A DNA stretch of 64,000 bases, from NCBI GenBank assembly GCA_000934665.2, contig KZ538769.1:62001-126000 (forward strand). The letters are read 5' to 3'. Positions 35,892 to 50,500 of the stretch are shown here, piece by piece (position 1 is the first letter of the stretch; every line of letters begins with the position of its first letter). The notes below the pieces were generated by a model. The model searched no databases. It saw only the letters and a list, made by a program, of their open reading frames with translations, and was not told where the DNA came from. Position numbers and translations under genes: made by a program. This DNA is from Catajapyx aquilonaris (lineage: Eukaryota).

Positions 35892-38800
35892 ATGGAAGAA
35901 GAAGTTGGTGGGACTAATCCGGGAGGCCCTCAGGGCAGTCATACCTTGCCGAGGAGCAGGGAATCTGTGCGATCTGGCGAGGAGAGGCCACGACCTGCCA
36001 GCATTCACGCTGGCATGAGGTTCGCAGTCGTTGACCAACAGTCGGACAACAACGGAAACAATAACAACAACAATGGCAAGCATCATCTTCAGCTATTCCC
36101 GCCTCTGCTCTGGAAAAGTCAGAAGGACAGGTATGCACCACTTAGGAATGTGTCAAAGGTGACAGGTAGCTTTCAGGTGAATAAGCCTCGTTGGAATGCA
36201 CAAGGAAAATGGTGACCACTCGTGATTGCATAACATTACTGGCTAGCACTGGTAAATCAGCGGGTTTTTATTTTTAAAAACCAGGTTCAGGCCAGGTTTT
36301 ATTAATGGCCAAATATGTATGAAGGTCGATGATGAGGAAATACTCGATTGCGGCAGTGCGTGTAATATATGTAATCGGATACTTTCACGGCCTTGATTTT
36401 TACAAATGCGCAAAATAATGTATGTAACTATTCAGAATAGATATACAAATAATAATCAAAAAGTATTATCAAAGGGTGTTTGTTTGTCCTTTGTATGGGT
36501 ATGAAATGGGTATAAAACTGGTATAAAATTGATATAAAGGAATCAAACCTGGACAGTCTGTGGACAAGCCAACAAACTCGGCCTTTTATAATACGAGTAA
36601 TGCCTGAGTTCATACTATTTAGAAATAGCTAAACCTGGATTTATCACCTCAAATTCTGATTACGTACCGGTATTGCGAATAACGCAGATGTAATATTTTA
36701 GCTATACTCTGAGTGCCAAAATTTTGCGGACATAAATCAGCCGAGCAGGTACACCCTGCAAGTGGGCGGACTCACACCCTAAACGTGGCTATTAGCCCTC
36801 GATATTTTATACTGGTCTCCAGGTGTGTTATAATATATGGAGCGTGTCAGCATAGGCAAAACGCGAGGGCGTTGCAGAAACACATGCCAGGGCATGCTGG
36901 GGGGTGCGAACCTTGAAATGTCTGCATGAAACACACCACCAGAAAGGTTGATCTGTTTACTTCCTACTGGAAGTGGTCCAAATGCGCTTATTGACTCCGC
37001 TGTGTACACACCCGAGTACATCACCACCACAGCTTCTTTTACTACTGTACCGTACAACTGGCCAGGTCTAGACACGGTCTAGTCGGATTGACCTTTATGT
37101 TGTCCACACGAAAGTGAACAAAACTTGGCAACACTGCCCCACACAACCAGGTGGCGCACAGTCGCCCTCTCTGCACGCTACTGCCGCTCTCGGGGAAACG
37201 TAGAACTAAATGCACGTTGGTGATGAGTCAGTCTCGCCTAGTCAATTCTATTATGTCATGCTATGACCCGCAGGTCACCGGCAGTGATCAGAGGATGGCC
37301 CCGGGAGCTCCAGAGGGTGCCATCGCAGGCCACTGGACTGTCCACCACTGTTCCTACCAACCTGGTGCAGCAAAAGTTGGCCGGAAGACATGCTCCGACC
37401 AGGAATTCCCTGCGCCACAGTCGGATGATCGTCCTTTCGCGATCAGGAAGAGGTGATTTCATCACGTTGGTCATAGAATAGCATTTTGGGTGGGTCCTCT
37501 CAGTCTACCTCACTCTCCAGGAAATGTGCGGTCACCTCCCGTTAAAACCTGTTAGCCCCGCGAGGACATTGTAAACTACTGGTGTCATTTTGCTAATTGG
37601 GCACCGCCACATTCGGGGAGTATACCCGTTACAGCACGTCGCACTGTCGCGTTAAGGTTCATATTACAAAAATTAAAATGGTCATACCTGTACCGCCTGA
37701 GGAATGTACCTGTCTGGAGTTGAAAACAGGCTTTCATAACCAGTGATTAGAGAGATGAATGTTGCGATTTTTTGGCGAATAGGCATTTGATTCACACAAG
37801 CTAATAGATGAGTATCACGCCAACTGTAGCGTCCCTTTTGCGATCTATTTTTGCGCCGCTTTGTGTTTTCGAGCGATAACATTGTGAGGCGATGAACACA
37901 ATGCTAAAAGTTCCGTCGGGGTCTGCTCAGACACAGACAGACAGGGAAAAAACGGAGGTAAAATTCCCAAGATTGTGAGGACTGTAGGCTCCATAAATCC
38001 AGTGTGAAAGAATGACGACTCTGGTATGCGTTGACTCGACAGTGATACCACGCAAGTACCTGCCTCCAGTGATGCGGTACCACCGACTGGCGAAGGGTCT
38101 GGCCGCCATCCAGGCGCTGTTGGGAGTGGCCGTCACCTCGATGGCCGTCTGGCTCCTTCTCTGGACACCCAGCCTCAGGACCAGGGATGTCCCTCACTGG
38201 AGCGGAATTCCCGTGAGTATATACATCGATGCTCGAATGTAATGCAACTGATGATCAAATGTGTGGTCCTGCAGCTTCTCCTGGCTGGTCTTCTGGGTCT
38301 GTTCCTCCTGTGCTGCTGCAGGAAGGAGCATCCGGGGATGAAGCACAACGGATGTGTATTCACAGTCAAGGTACAGTGCCTTGTAAGTACGCTTTGGCAC
38401 AAACCCGCTTCCAATTTTTGCACGATACAACGATACCAAGGTGGAAGGAAATCGACCAATGAGCTTCTGATGCATTTGTATAGTGTAATGTACGTAGTGC
38501 ATGGGTATTGTCCCGAATAATAAACACGAACAATTGCAGGTACTGAGTGTGGGTATGTCCATTCTGGCGATTGTGACCTCCTTCTGCGCCTGTGCCTTCG
38601 CGGCTATCCACCTGGCGTACCTGTCCGGCATGACCTGCACACCGTCCACTATGGACCTGGCAGTGCCCTGCGTGTGTCGCAACAACGATGCCGGACTGAG
38701 CGGACGGGTGGTGTACCGGTACGAGGACCTGACCTGCTTGGAAGTGGAGAGCCTCCTGAAGCTGTTCCTGGTCGGGTCGTGTGCTGCCAACGGGGTCGCC

Positions 38801-38923
38801 GGTTGCATATCGGCCTGGTATGTGTTCCTGCACTGGGTCAGCCGGTACATGTACGTCTACTCGAGCGTCGGAGGACACGACGAGACTCCAATCGTCAGTC
38901 CAAACCGTGCTGGTGCCAGATGA
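35892..38923 (+). CDS. Four-pass membrane protein, sarcospan/MS4A (CD20)-like. Exons 35892-36130, 37274-37452, 38043-38212, 38275-38382 (alternative donor 38370), 38540-38923
   Basis: In-frame spliced ORF of ~359 aa. It has IQALLGVAV..HWSGIP.LLAGLLG (MS4A-like TM1/TM2), a Cys-rich loop (TCTP..CVC..YEDLTC) and TM4. The N-terminal exons are less certain. Confidence 0.7.
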
Positions 38924-41900
38924 CCACTGACACGACCTCACTATATGCCCCACCACATCACCCAGCTCTATTTATTTCCCTGTCACATTGTTACCTGTGT
39001 TGCAGAGTACTCCCCCATTTCACCCTCAAGTGTACGTTGCAGTTCCGAGTTAAAACTATTGTAACAAAAAACCGTGTTTCATTAGACTCTCCCACTTGAT
39101 CCAGCACGACCTGCAGGGAATGGGAATCAGGTAAAAATATGAATAATTAGTTTTTCATTTTTTGCTCATGGGGGTATTTATTCTACATAATGTTTGCTTC
39201 TCTCCTGGACACAAAAAATTCTTCAGCTAGATTTTTGGAGGGGCGGGTAGGGGGGAGGGGGGGCGAGGCTCTCTGCCCTTGCTTCAAAATCCAACCTTCA
39301 GGGAGTTCAATTGTACAACAATTAGCCAATCTTCCGATTGCACATTTCCGCTTCCGTTACGTACATTTAAAAAATAACGTTGAGAAAAAAGGCTCTGAAA
39401 GACAGTTTTTTTTTTTTTTTTGGATTTTGCAGCAAGGAGCTGGATGCAGTTTTGCAATAAACCCTTCCATGTGTTAATAAACCCAGGAGAAGTACGGTAC
39501 AAATTTTTACAAACAGTGGCATGTAACATTTATGTACAGGTACTGTAGAAACTATGGGCACACTGCAAAAAACGGCTGACTTGTAACGAACAGAAAAACT
39601 TTCTCCTCTTATATTTTTTTTTTGATAATCTTCTCTTTAAAAACATGGAGTGTCTTTATGATGTGAGAAAAATAGTATCGGTTTCCTAAAATATTTTAAA
39701 AACAGGTAACATTTGTTAAACAATTTTTTTCGCTAGGTAGCTGACCTCCTGTGGCATAACTCCAGGTTTAACAATTGACACTTTACAACCAGTATGCAAA
39801 AATCCATTTGTTTTTTCTCTTCTTGTTTCTTTTTTTATTTCTTTAAAATTTTCCTTACGCTATCACAAAATAAAGCCACTTGAGGTGCACTTGGGAGAAA
39901 ATTTTGTGACTTACTGAAACAGCTAAAGAGAACGAGGGGTTAAGGGACAAGTTTATGTTGGTGTTTTCGCCATAAGAGAAGACAGAGCAGCCACCTCAAC
40001 AATACAGGAAGTCAGCCAAATAGCCGCTCATTTGGGGAGTGCATGACTACCACGTCAACAGTGAACAGTGCAGTAGGTGGAACAATTCGGACCCAAACCA
40101 AACCACGTTTTATTTTCTTCAATGACAACAACATGCGGCAATGGTGTGGCCTGCAACTTCCTATTACTGATCAACAAGGTAACAATTAACCGTTGAAGCG
40201 ACAAAACTCAATGAAGGTAAGAAAGTGTCAATTGCATGAGACTAAAAGTGCACTTTGGGTTCAAAGCTCAACCAGTGTTACTCACGCCCCGGCATTGAAC
40301 AGTTGCGCTCTAATTGACACTTGAGAGATGTATATAACAGGGGCAGAACAGATGCATTTTAAAAATAACATTACGATTGGCAAATATATTTTTTTCTTCA
40401 AAATAGCTGGAAAGCCACACCACTGCTGCACCCACGAAAAATATATTCCCACCAGGGGAGTCTGACATATACTTGTCAAACAATGTTAGGGGAGGAGCAG
40501 GTAAGGAGTCAAAAAACAGGGTTGGGCAGTTTTGAACTGGCGCCGAACCTAAGTTGTAGGTCCCAATATGGGTTCAGTTTCAAAATGGACTGTCCGGTTG
40601 GGTTGAGGGAAGGGCAAAGGTAAAAATCCCCTAGGTCAAACATGATTTAACAGAGCCGCAACCAGATAGCCCATTTCAAAACCGAAGCACCTCTTATACT
40701 CTACACTGCATTTTTTGTTACGCACCAACGTTGCACTTCCTTGTTTTCTGGAGATCATCCTCCAAAAAAGATATATCAACCATATTGTACAGTGTCAATA
40801 ATTATGCCAAAATGTTTGCACAGGTCTCAACACTTAAAAACCCACAAGCAAAAAATTTATGCAGTAGCCTGCTTGGGATTGCAAAAAGGACCAATCAAGA
40901 GGCTGGCCTGAGGCCCGACGATCTCAACGCTTCTTCGGCAGTGATGATGAGAAAATAAATGAAATATATAACTGCAGTGTTCCAATAAACTACGCACGAG
41001 ATGAGAAAACAAAGAACCACAGGTAAACACCACACTCATTAGATTAAAGCAATGAAAACTTGCACAGGGCTCCGTATAACATACTGCATTTTGGTTTTGC
41101 TTTGCTTATGTTTGTTTCTCCTTTTTTTCCTCTCTCAAAAAACTGTTCCTTGTTTCTGCTTCCAGCAAAAGGCAGCCTGGTTGTTTGCACACCAAGACTG
41201 GACACAACAAATAGTGAATATTATAACATGATTTTGAACTTCGAACCTTGGCCTCCCTTGAAAGAAATAAATTGGAAGATCCTCTTCTGCGCACAGTGGC
41301 TACAACTCTCACAAATAATACTTTTTGCTCAAGCAGTCGCCACAATATCCTTGTTCTGGCTTATAAAAGTACGTAAATAATACGCCAACAGCAAAAAAAT
41401 AAAAATAAAAACTTGTTAGTTTCCACCACCACTGTTGTCATAGATCAACATTTTTATACAGATTTTTCTTTTTTCCATCTAAATAGACTCTACAGCCAAG
41501 GGAAAAAATGTATGTACAAATTTTAGTGTGGAACACAGAAAAGACTCAACAAACAATGAGAAAATGCCTTCCCTGAATAACCCCACTGGTGAAAAAGCGC
41601 ATCTATGGTAGAAGAATCTATATAGTAGCATCACAAATGGCGCCAACAAAACTGAAGCATAAAAGTGGAATGTCTTGAGTACACAGACTAACACTGATTT
41701 TTTTTGCTTAAAAAATGTACAGAACACAATAAAAACAATGAAAACTACAAAACCATCCATTCCTTATTTTCATCCACTCAACAGGAAAAAAAAAAATCGT
41801 TTCCTACACAACTGATGCCCTTATAATCCCCTGGGAATGTCAATGCCAAGTAAATCCTCATTGACGAGCCTTACCTATTAGCGTCTGTATATTCATTATG

Positions 41901-44511
41901 TATAAAAAAGATTATTCATAAATAACAGTTTGTGAAGGAGCTTGGGAACAAGGATACTGTGGCTGAATCTCAGCCTGGCCAATTTTGGAAACCGTTTCCA
42001 CCGTCTTAGGGCCTTGCCCCCCATTCACAAATCCTTCTAGCTCGATTCCGAAATTCCTTTGCACTTTTTAACTCCTGCATCTTGTTTTGCATGAGCCTTG
42101 GGCTCTTGGCCACTAACTAATCACTTCAAACTACAAGCAGTCCTGGAAGCCTTCTCATCACTAAGCGTTGGTCACCTATCCAACCCAACTCATTTCAAAA
42201 TAATTATCACAAATCGCGCATATGGGGGAACAAAAAAAAATCATAAAAACGAAAAAAATCTTCGGCAGGAACATGCGTTTTTCCCAAGGATGAGGTGGAG
42301 GGTAAAGGGTAATAAAGGTTAATTGCAACACCTTGCTACGTATCTGCATTACATATAAAAAGAAAATCAACAAGACGACAGATTTGTACTTTAAATCGAT
42401 CCTGTCATACGCACAAGGACCTGTATACTAATTCTACCCTCTCTCACTCCCCACTACATATCCTTTTCACTTTTTTGTCTCCTGGCAGTTTACCAAGAAC
42501 CTAACGCAGCAGCTTCTTTTGATAAGGAGCCGTTCACAAAGTACGTACCTACACTCCGGTCGTGTAGTATCTTATTTGAATCCCTCCCTGACCACGTAAA
42601 CATCAACAAGTGTGTCTCCTCCTCTCCCTTTATGTTAATATCCCATAGCAATGCTTAAAATCTTTCATAATTTTAAGAAGAGTTAGTAATAACAAGTTAT
42701 AAAGACGTGTATGATTCAGAAGCAACAAACAGTAATTAGAATAAAATTTAAGTTTCCATCAAACAGCTTACAACATGTCAGCCTCTCCTTTGTCTGATTT
42801 GCCTGCCCTGCTGGTCTCTCCAGCATACCTTGTGAACGGCCCTCAACAGGGATTGAAGAAAATGTCAACCATCATGATTGTCAATGTACTTGTAATAATC
42901 CTTTACAAGGGAAGGCAAAAAAAAAAGATAATATAACCAATAAATTTCTCAACTGATCAACATTTTGTCATAATTTTGGCCAAGAATATTTTTCAACAGA
43001 AACATTGGGTGGGGAGGACAAGGCCCAGTGTGGTAGCGTGGAAAAGAAACAACTTAACCGCATCACAATCCTTGCAAAAAGTAACCACCAAAAAATAGAC
43101 TCTCTTAATTTTTTCCTTGTATTGCAACCTTGTCTCCTCTTCTTTTCCTTCTTCTCACAAGCCGCTGCCTTTTACACAGTTCTCAATTGCGTCACTGGCC
43201 CTGGTTAAGGTGAAACATGTCTCTTCACCGACCAAAAAATTATCAAAAAAAGTAATAAACTACATGGAGACAAAAAAAAAACAAAAAAAAAAAACACTGA
43301 AGGTACACTACAGGTAGCAACAAGTAAAACTTCTCTTCAAAATATATCCTCTGCAAGGCAAAACTTTCTTTTCTCCAAGCCACTTCTGTTTGTTCGTTTT
43401 GCAACACTGATTGGAAGCCTCTCTTATATATTTTTTATCCTTTTCCCTTCACGCCAGCTTGGATGAACCATAAAATTCAGTTATGCCTCACCATGCACTA
43501 GGCCTAGTATCCTAAACTTTATATGTGTAAATAACTTTACGTGTCTGTGTTTCGTGTTTTGTGTGTCTGAATGCTTCTTCTACTCATAATTATGGATGTG
43601 ATGTAAATAATTAGAAAAAAAAGCGGGAGAATGGGTAGGTATGATGTGAAAGGAATGGGACAGGGGAGGTTAATTATGTCTGTGGTCACACAAGTTATGA
43701 TCGGAGCACTAATTGTTGTTGGTTTTCTATACGTCCACAGATGATGAGAGACGGCAGCAAAATAGTTGTGGATGGCAGCTTTGCTACCCTTCTCTTCTCG
43801 CATCTGGAATCTTGGGTTGTGTCTCCTTCAAAAATGGGCAGGTCCTGTCATAAAAATAAGCATGTTAGAAAAGTTCCACAAGGTAACTGTTACTGTGCAT
43901 GGAAATGAGTTTAAAACCTTAAAACCCAGGTGGGTTAAAGAAAAACTTTAGCCCTCAAGAAAAATTTTGCTAATTCAACCTTGGACTGAAACCGAGCTTC
44001 CGTAAACCCAAAGCATCAGCGTTCTTGCTCAGATATTTCCAGCAAATACTTGCCGAGGCATGCATAATGGTGGCATTGCACTCGAAAAATGACACCGCAA
44101 GAAAACTACTGCTGCATGCTTGCAGAAATATTTTATATATTGTTCCGAATGTAGCACGACACCTAGCTCAGATGTCTTTCCCTCAAAAATAGAAGGATAT
44201 TATTACGCACCGCCAGTAAAATTTAGTAAGCAGAGTCCAGTTTGGAAGCTGTTGCTATGCAGACTACCATCGACCCTTTTCCATGGCAGATAAAATGAGC
44301 TGCCATAGCATTACAGAAGAATCACTTTTAAGCAACATAACTTTTCAGCAAACTGAGCATCAGTAGCAATTTCCCTATGACATTTACGGCAGAATCACTA
44401 AGTTAATGCATGACATTTCTTTGCAACTGACGAGCTAAATATTTATTGTCCGTACTATATCAGTGTTCCTAGTGCTTACCTCGCTGGTGTAGCGGTGCTG
44501 GGGGCGTGAGA

Positions 44512-47500
44512 CTACTTTCGCTTCGCATGGAGCATCTCCATGAGAAGAGTCTGTGTTGGAGCACCTCCATTGACGTGCTTGTAGTACAGGAACTCTTCCC
44601 CTCTGTTGGCCATTTGGTGGAGGTCAGGGAGGACGGACAGGAGCTTGGAAAACTTGTCCTGGAAAAATGAGTTTTTCCCCCAGGAATGCCAGTGTTTTAA
44701 AATGGGTGCAAATGGTATCTTAAAACCCACCAAAGCCATATCTCCCCCTTTACTACCTGCTTGCCATGGAAAATAAGTGACTCTCACCCATTTGCACTAC
44801 ATGCTACTACCACATTTGGTACGTCGACTCTATATTCGTTACCAAACAACAAAAATCCAGAGGTTGTTTTCCAGGAGTGCAGCAGTGCTTCGAAACCTGA
44901 AAGGAGACTTGAAACACATCTCAAGAGGTTATGACACCCATATGTCCGCCGCACAAATCACATGCTGCAAGCGACATGCAAGTGATCACAGTACGTCAAT
45001 AACACGTTGGACATCACTGTTCGATTGGGCTTTAAACCTAGAACCATGTGAAAATGTACAATGACTATTTACAATGTTTCAGCACTAACTGCAGATGACC
45101 CAATGAAATATAAATAAATGAATACAAAACACCTCTTTCCAATGAAGTCAGTGAAGAGTAAAAGAGCACCAATGAGAAGTGTCAGTTATTTTCCATGGGA
45201 ACCTCACACATACATGGCACATTCATTCTCAGCCTTGTCCCAGAAGGAAAACGTCGTGCCGAAGCACAGAGTAGCTATGTCACATCAAGGCCTAAAAGCG
45301 AGACATATACATATGTACAGCAGGATGGCTTCACAATGGACATACCTACAAGCACATGACGGGACTATTTATGTACAGCTCAGAAAACATATTACTACAT
45401 GTATTCTTAATACTTACTCTGACCTCATTATCTGGAAGGATAAAGATAAGCCAGTGTTGTCCTTACCCAGCAATTAATGGGTTAAGGACTCTACTTGCCA
45501 TTTCATACACATAGAGGACGCTTCAAGTGTGGCTTATGCTTTATGACAAGCTTTAGATAATACGTAATGGCACCAGGAACAAACCTGCATGCGGTAGTGC
45601 ACTGCCCTTTGCTAACTATTTCTACAGTGCAGTGTCAGTCAACTCATGGATGCAGTTTCATAAAGAACAACAACTACTCAAGTTCCTTCAGATAAAATAT
45701 TACTTCACAATGTTACGGCTTTCTTTTATGACCTATGGTCTCTTATGTTTACAGGTGATCTCAAGTGCACAATGTTTCAACCACTAATGCATTGTTATCC
45801 AACCACTGATAAGATATGTACACACTATTTACACCTGAAAAGTAATGCTCAAAGTAAATAATGATATTAGCAATGTTTCTTACGAAGTACTTGCTCCAAA
45901 AACTGTGCTCGACTGGATTATTACACACCAAGTAATAGGCTTTCATGTAAAATACTAATCGAGAGAGGTATACCTGAACATGTGGGTAGCAGTTGATGGT
46001 GTAGTCCAAAAGTGCCTTTTGCACCTGCTCATGAGCCTCTTGAATGTGTTTCCGATTCATGAGGCCTCTCACCTCTGCAAGGGAAAGAAACACAATGTAA
46101 GTGTGACAAGCAATGCAAGAGATGGCACAACCGCTGTCAACCCAAACTGAAGCAACCCACCAGCTCCCACCACCATCCATCCATTCAATCACCTACAAAT
46201 TCCAGGCCAATATGCAGAACACAGAGTTGCCACTTTGGGCTCAGTCCAACAAGCGCATTCTCTTTGTGCTCCAAACTGCAAAATGCAGCTCCAGCATCAA
46301 TGGCCAAGAAGAGTCCATCTGTCATGAGACAGGCCTCAAGAGCCTCTGTCCGTGACCAGGGAGCCAAACATGGCAATACAGTTTGCCTGGTAAGAAGCAG
46401 CCAGTTTGTCTCACTAACCCTAAGCCTCCAGGTATCCTGACAAATTTATAGCTAAGCTTTTCCACTTTGGTTACTACATCCAAGCCAACAAATCGCCTCC
46501 CCTAAGCCAGAGTCTGGAAACCTGTTAGGCCACAATATATTTTTCCTTCGACCACGTTCGACAAAAATTCTTGTTCGTACGCTACCGTACAAAGGACGCA
46601 CCCAATTGCGACACCTCACATACCATCCATTGTCTCGAACTTAATCTGCTCAGGCCAAAATTAACAAAGCATTGTCGGAGCTCCCCCCCCAGTAATGAAT
46701 TTCGGAACTCTGCCTAATCAACTCGTCCCCTGTCACATTGTTTCCGCTTGATTTATGCTTCTCCCAGAATTGACACCGCGCTATGTGACCGCGCTAATGA
46801 GCGTCCCAGTCACGAACACACGTGGTCCTCCCCCCCGAAAAAAAAATGTGTCACCCGCCGGTACTGTCCAAACCATGAACACAATACGCAGTAAAATCGT
46901 CCGAGCCTGGAACAAAAGAGTCCTAAATACTGAGACCATCCAGCATTATATTTTACAAGCAAGTTGCTGGGCAGAACAAGCCAACTTTTCCCCTTCTCCC
47001 GCATATCGACTAGTGCAAATGAGGTCAAGTGCGGAAACAACCTAAAACCGCGGCCGAACTGCACGAGTCAAGATAGCTGGTTCCTATGATTACCTTATCT
47101 GGGTGGGGACTTTGAAAAAGTAAGAGCGAAAAAAACAGCGCCCCCGTTTATTTATATATATTTTAAACCACACGTGCATAATATGCCCATTCATGCACCG
47201 CTTTCTCAGTGCGTTACATTACCCCCGGGTTGATGATATATGTGCGCCTAATCTCGAAGCTGTCTACGGGACAATAGAATCGAGAGGGGAGAAGCGATCT
47301 CTTGTCGCCAAAACAAAGTAGGCTGAGACTTCCCTCGTTTTTTCTCCCTTCCTGTGTATTCTGGGCCACTCCCACATCTCGTCACATGTAAATTACGCCT
47401 CTTGTGTCCCTCTTTTTTTAAAAGGCATCGCCCAATGTGGCAACCCCGCAGCAAATCGGTCGCGAGATGATAGGATGGAGCAGGGTTTAGTCATGCAGTG

Positions 47501-50500
47501 CTAGTTCATATTCACATTCAGGCACAAACAGGGCATCAGCACCCCAGAAAGGTGAAAGTGCTATCGCAGTAACTGCTACTTTCAAGTAGCGGCTACTCCA
47601 CGGGCGAGTACCGGTTGAGGCCCGGCCCGACTCTCCGAAAATTTTGGCTCCTTAGGTCCAGCCTTGAGCCCCCGAAAAAGAACCCAACAATCTCCTTGAA
47701 GGATTCCAGGGTTGGGCTAAACTTACCGGGGTTGAGCAGGAGGAGGAATTTGACGCAGATGTAATCGGAGACGTCGAACTTGAGATCTTGCAGTTTCAGG
47801 CTAAGTTCGTTGAACTGGTCCACCAGGGTGGGCACCCCGAGGAGGGCCAGAGCCAACAGGTCGAATTTCTGTCCGTTGGGCAGAGTCGTCTCGTCCGGCA
47901 GGTTGTTGTGCATCCTCTGATGCATGTGGTCCAGCACCAGCATGTCGGACCACGAGTGCTGCAGCAGCTTCATCTGGTCGTCCACCTGCAGCGGAAACGG
48001 GGTGACACAAGAGAACATTGTTACGTTTCACGCGACATATTGTCTTTTTTTTAAAAAAAAGTGACGTCATCGTGACCTTTTCGGTCGCCATTTTTCCCTC
48101 GGTGGTAAAAGGCACCCAACCCCCTACCTCCGGAGTCTCCACCTGCCCAAACCCGGAAGAGCCTTGAGATCGAAGGCTATCTGGGGGGGTTGCACCGCCA
48201 GGGGGGTATACACCCCCCCCCCCTCACCTGCCCAAGGATTCATGCTAATCCCCTCCATTGTTGCGATCATACCTCCCTCCTTCTCCTTCCCACATCCCCT
48301 GCAGGGGTTTTTCTGTTTGTCTTCCAGGAGAGATGGTAGACAAGCGACCGTTTTCACTTCCCGTGCCAAAGCTTGCTCACTCTCAAGGTTGTCCAAGAAA
48401 AATTCCTACCTGCAACACCCCTCCAAAGCCCAAGGAATACGGGTTCTACAACTCCTCATTCCTTTCTACCCTCCCCACCCCCTCCGGCTCTTTAACACCT
48501 ACCCACCATCGACTTTTTCGTATAAGGAAAACTCAATCTGATTTTTTTTTCACCCCCCTGAGGTAAGAGGCCTGTCAGTTGACATCAAGAAAACGAGCTT
48601 AAAAAGTCCGGTTTGTAAAAAAAAACGGGCAATGTGCGTCATTCTTCTTTCCCAACCGCTGCCGGATTTAAAGTGTTTTTTATCCGCAATCAAGCGCAAG
48701 GATCAATTGCATATAAATTGCTAGGCCAATGCACGGCACATACGTAACACACGTGCAATGTGTGTACCATGTTCTAATGAAATTCCCGACATTTACAGTG
48801 CAGCTAGGGGCCAGCAACTGCTCGAGGTGCAACGCACGCTTGCCATACCGCCAGATGTTGAGCATCAATTTTACCTGTCCTTGGCACACATACTTTAATA
48901 GCTCCAGGAGCCTCACCAAAATTTCTCATCTAATGACCACATATTCGCCCCCCTTTTTTTTCAAATCGAGATGCAGTGAAGCTTGCTGACGACATCCAAC
49001 ACTTGGCTATAGAGTAATTCACGCTGGTATTACGTTCTAGTGACAATTAGTGCATCTGGTTGCACAGCATGACATATTCGACCTTGGAACGACGGCTTGA
49101 ATGTTGCTTTTTTTTGCCACAACATTTCGCATTAGGCCTGTACCGCTCGCAATTCGTCGGTCCCTTCGTGTGAATGCACGCACCTTTAAAAAAATATATT
49201 TCGTGTTCGTGACACAAGCCTTCCCTCCAACGGAAATATCCTCTCCTCGTGCCCACCTATCTCCCACGGAAATAACGCGCCACAAAAAAACGCCTTGCCT
49301 ACTCGTTACCCATGGCCTACTTTTTGCTCTACGTACACACAGGCATCATTTTATAATTAGGGACACCCTCGCTCTTTTCCCAAAATACAGAAATAGCCTT
49401 ACGTCGTCGCTGGCTGAAACAACCTTGCCATAAAGCAAGTTGTTGCTATCCGGGCTCTTGTACCTCTGATATGGTATACGTCAAGCTGACCTTACGCTTT
49501 TTTTCTGACCCCATGTCACGCACAGTCACGCTGGACCGACACCCCAACAAGCTAGCCGCTCAATATTCGGATGCCTTCGTTTTATTAGAAATTATGAAAC
49601 GTGACGTCACGCTCGGCTGAACTCCTCGTCACGTTGAGTCACGCTGACATCAACCGGCGTGACGTACTTATGCACGATCCATTCGCGAACCAACAATCAA
49701 TTCGCATCCTCCATAAACGAACTGGACTCAGGCTGCGACTAGCACTAACAACAATATAAGGCTGGTAACATAACAGAGATCCTAAGTACTGCACTGTAAA
49801 ATGTTTGAAAAATTGTGAAATAATTTTCGAATGCTGCATGTTGCTATTCTTCCACGTAATTTCACGTGAATACAGGCGGTAAGCCGTTTGTGGCCTCCAG
49901 CGGGCAACAATGATTTTTGGGCAGCCCGCCGGCTAACTCCATCAAGCCCACCCCTCTCCCCCCACCCCCTCGAGGTCGTCCTCGTCAATATGGAGGAAGG
50001 CATCATGATCGTCAGCAGCTGTCCCACTGACCCACTTTCAAAGTGGGGCAGTGGAGTACTCAGGCAGGCATAGCGACTCCATCCCATAGGCTGCACACAG
50101 GCGACCTCGGCCCACTATTCCATTCCCCCAAAGCCGCCCCTTGCGCCCGCGCACCTCCAACTTTACACGATAACATTGGAAAACCACGCCGGCACGCGGC
50201 GTTGCCCACGGTATTGCGCAATTCGCAAGACACCCACCCAGAACCCCCCTTACCACCACCACCCCTCTCTTTCCATTCGTACATATAGCAAGCAAATGGA
50301 TTTTTCGCACCGTGCCAAGACACGCTGCGTCCTAATCTGCCCCTACGCACTATGCAAATTCATGTTTGGGCGGCGTCTTATCTGCCTTGCAACGATCATG
50401 ACCCGCCTGGGTTTGTCAACGGGGGGTGCCCACTCGAGTGCTAATCCGGCGCCGATTCTGGCGACAAACGGACAAACATGCTGAAATCCCACCCACCCCA

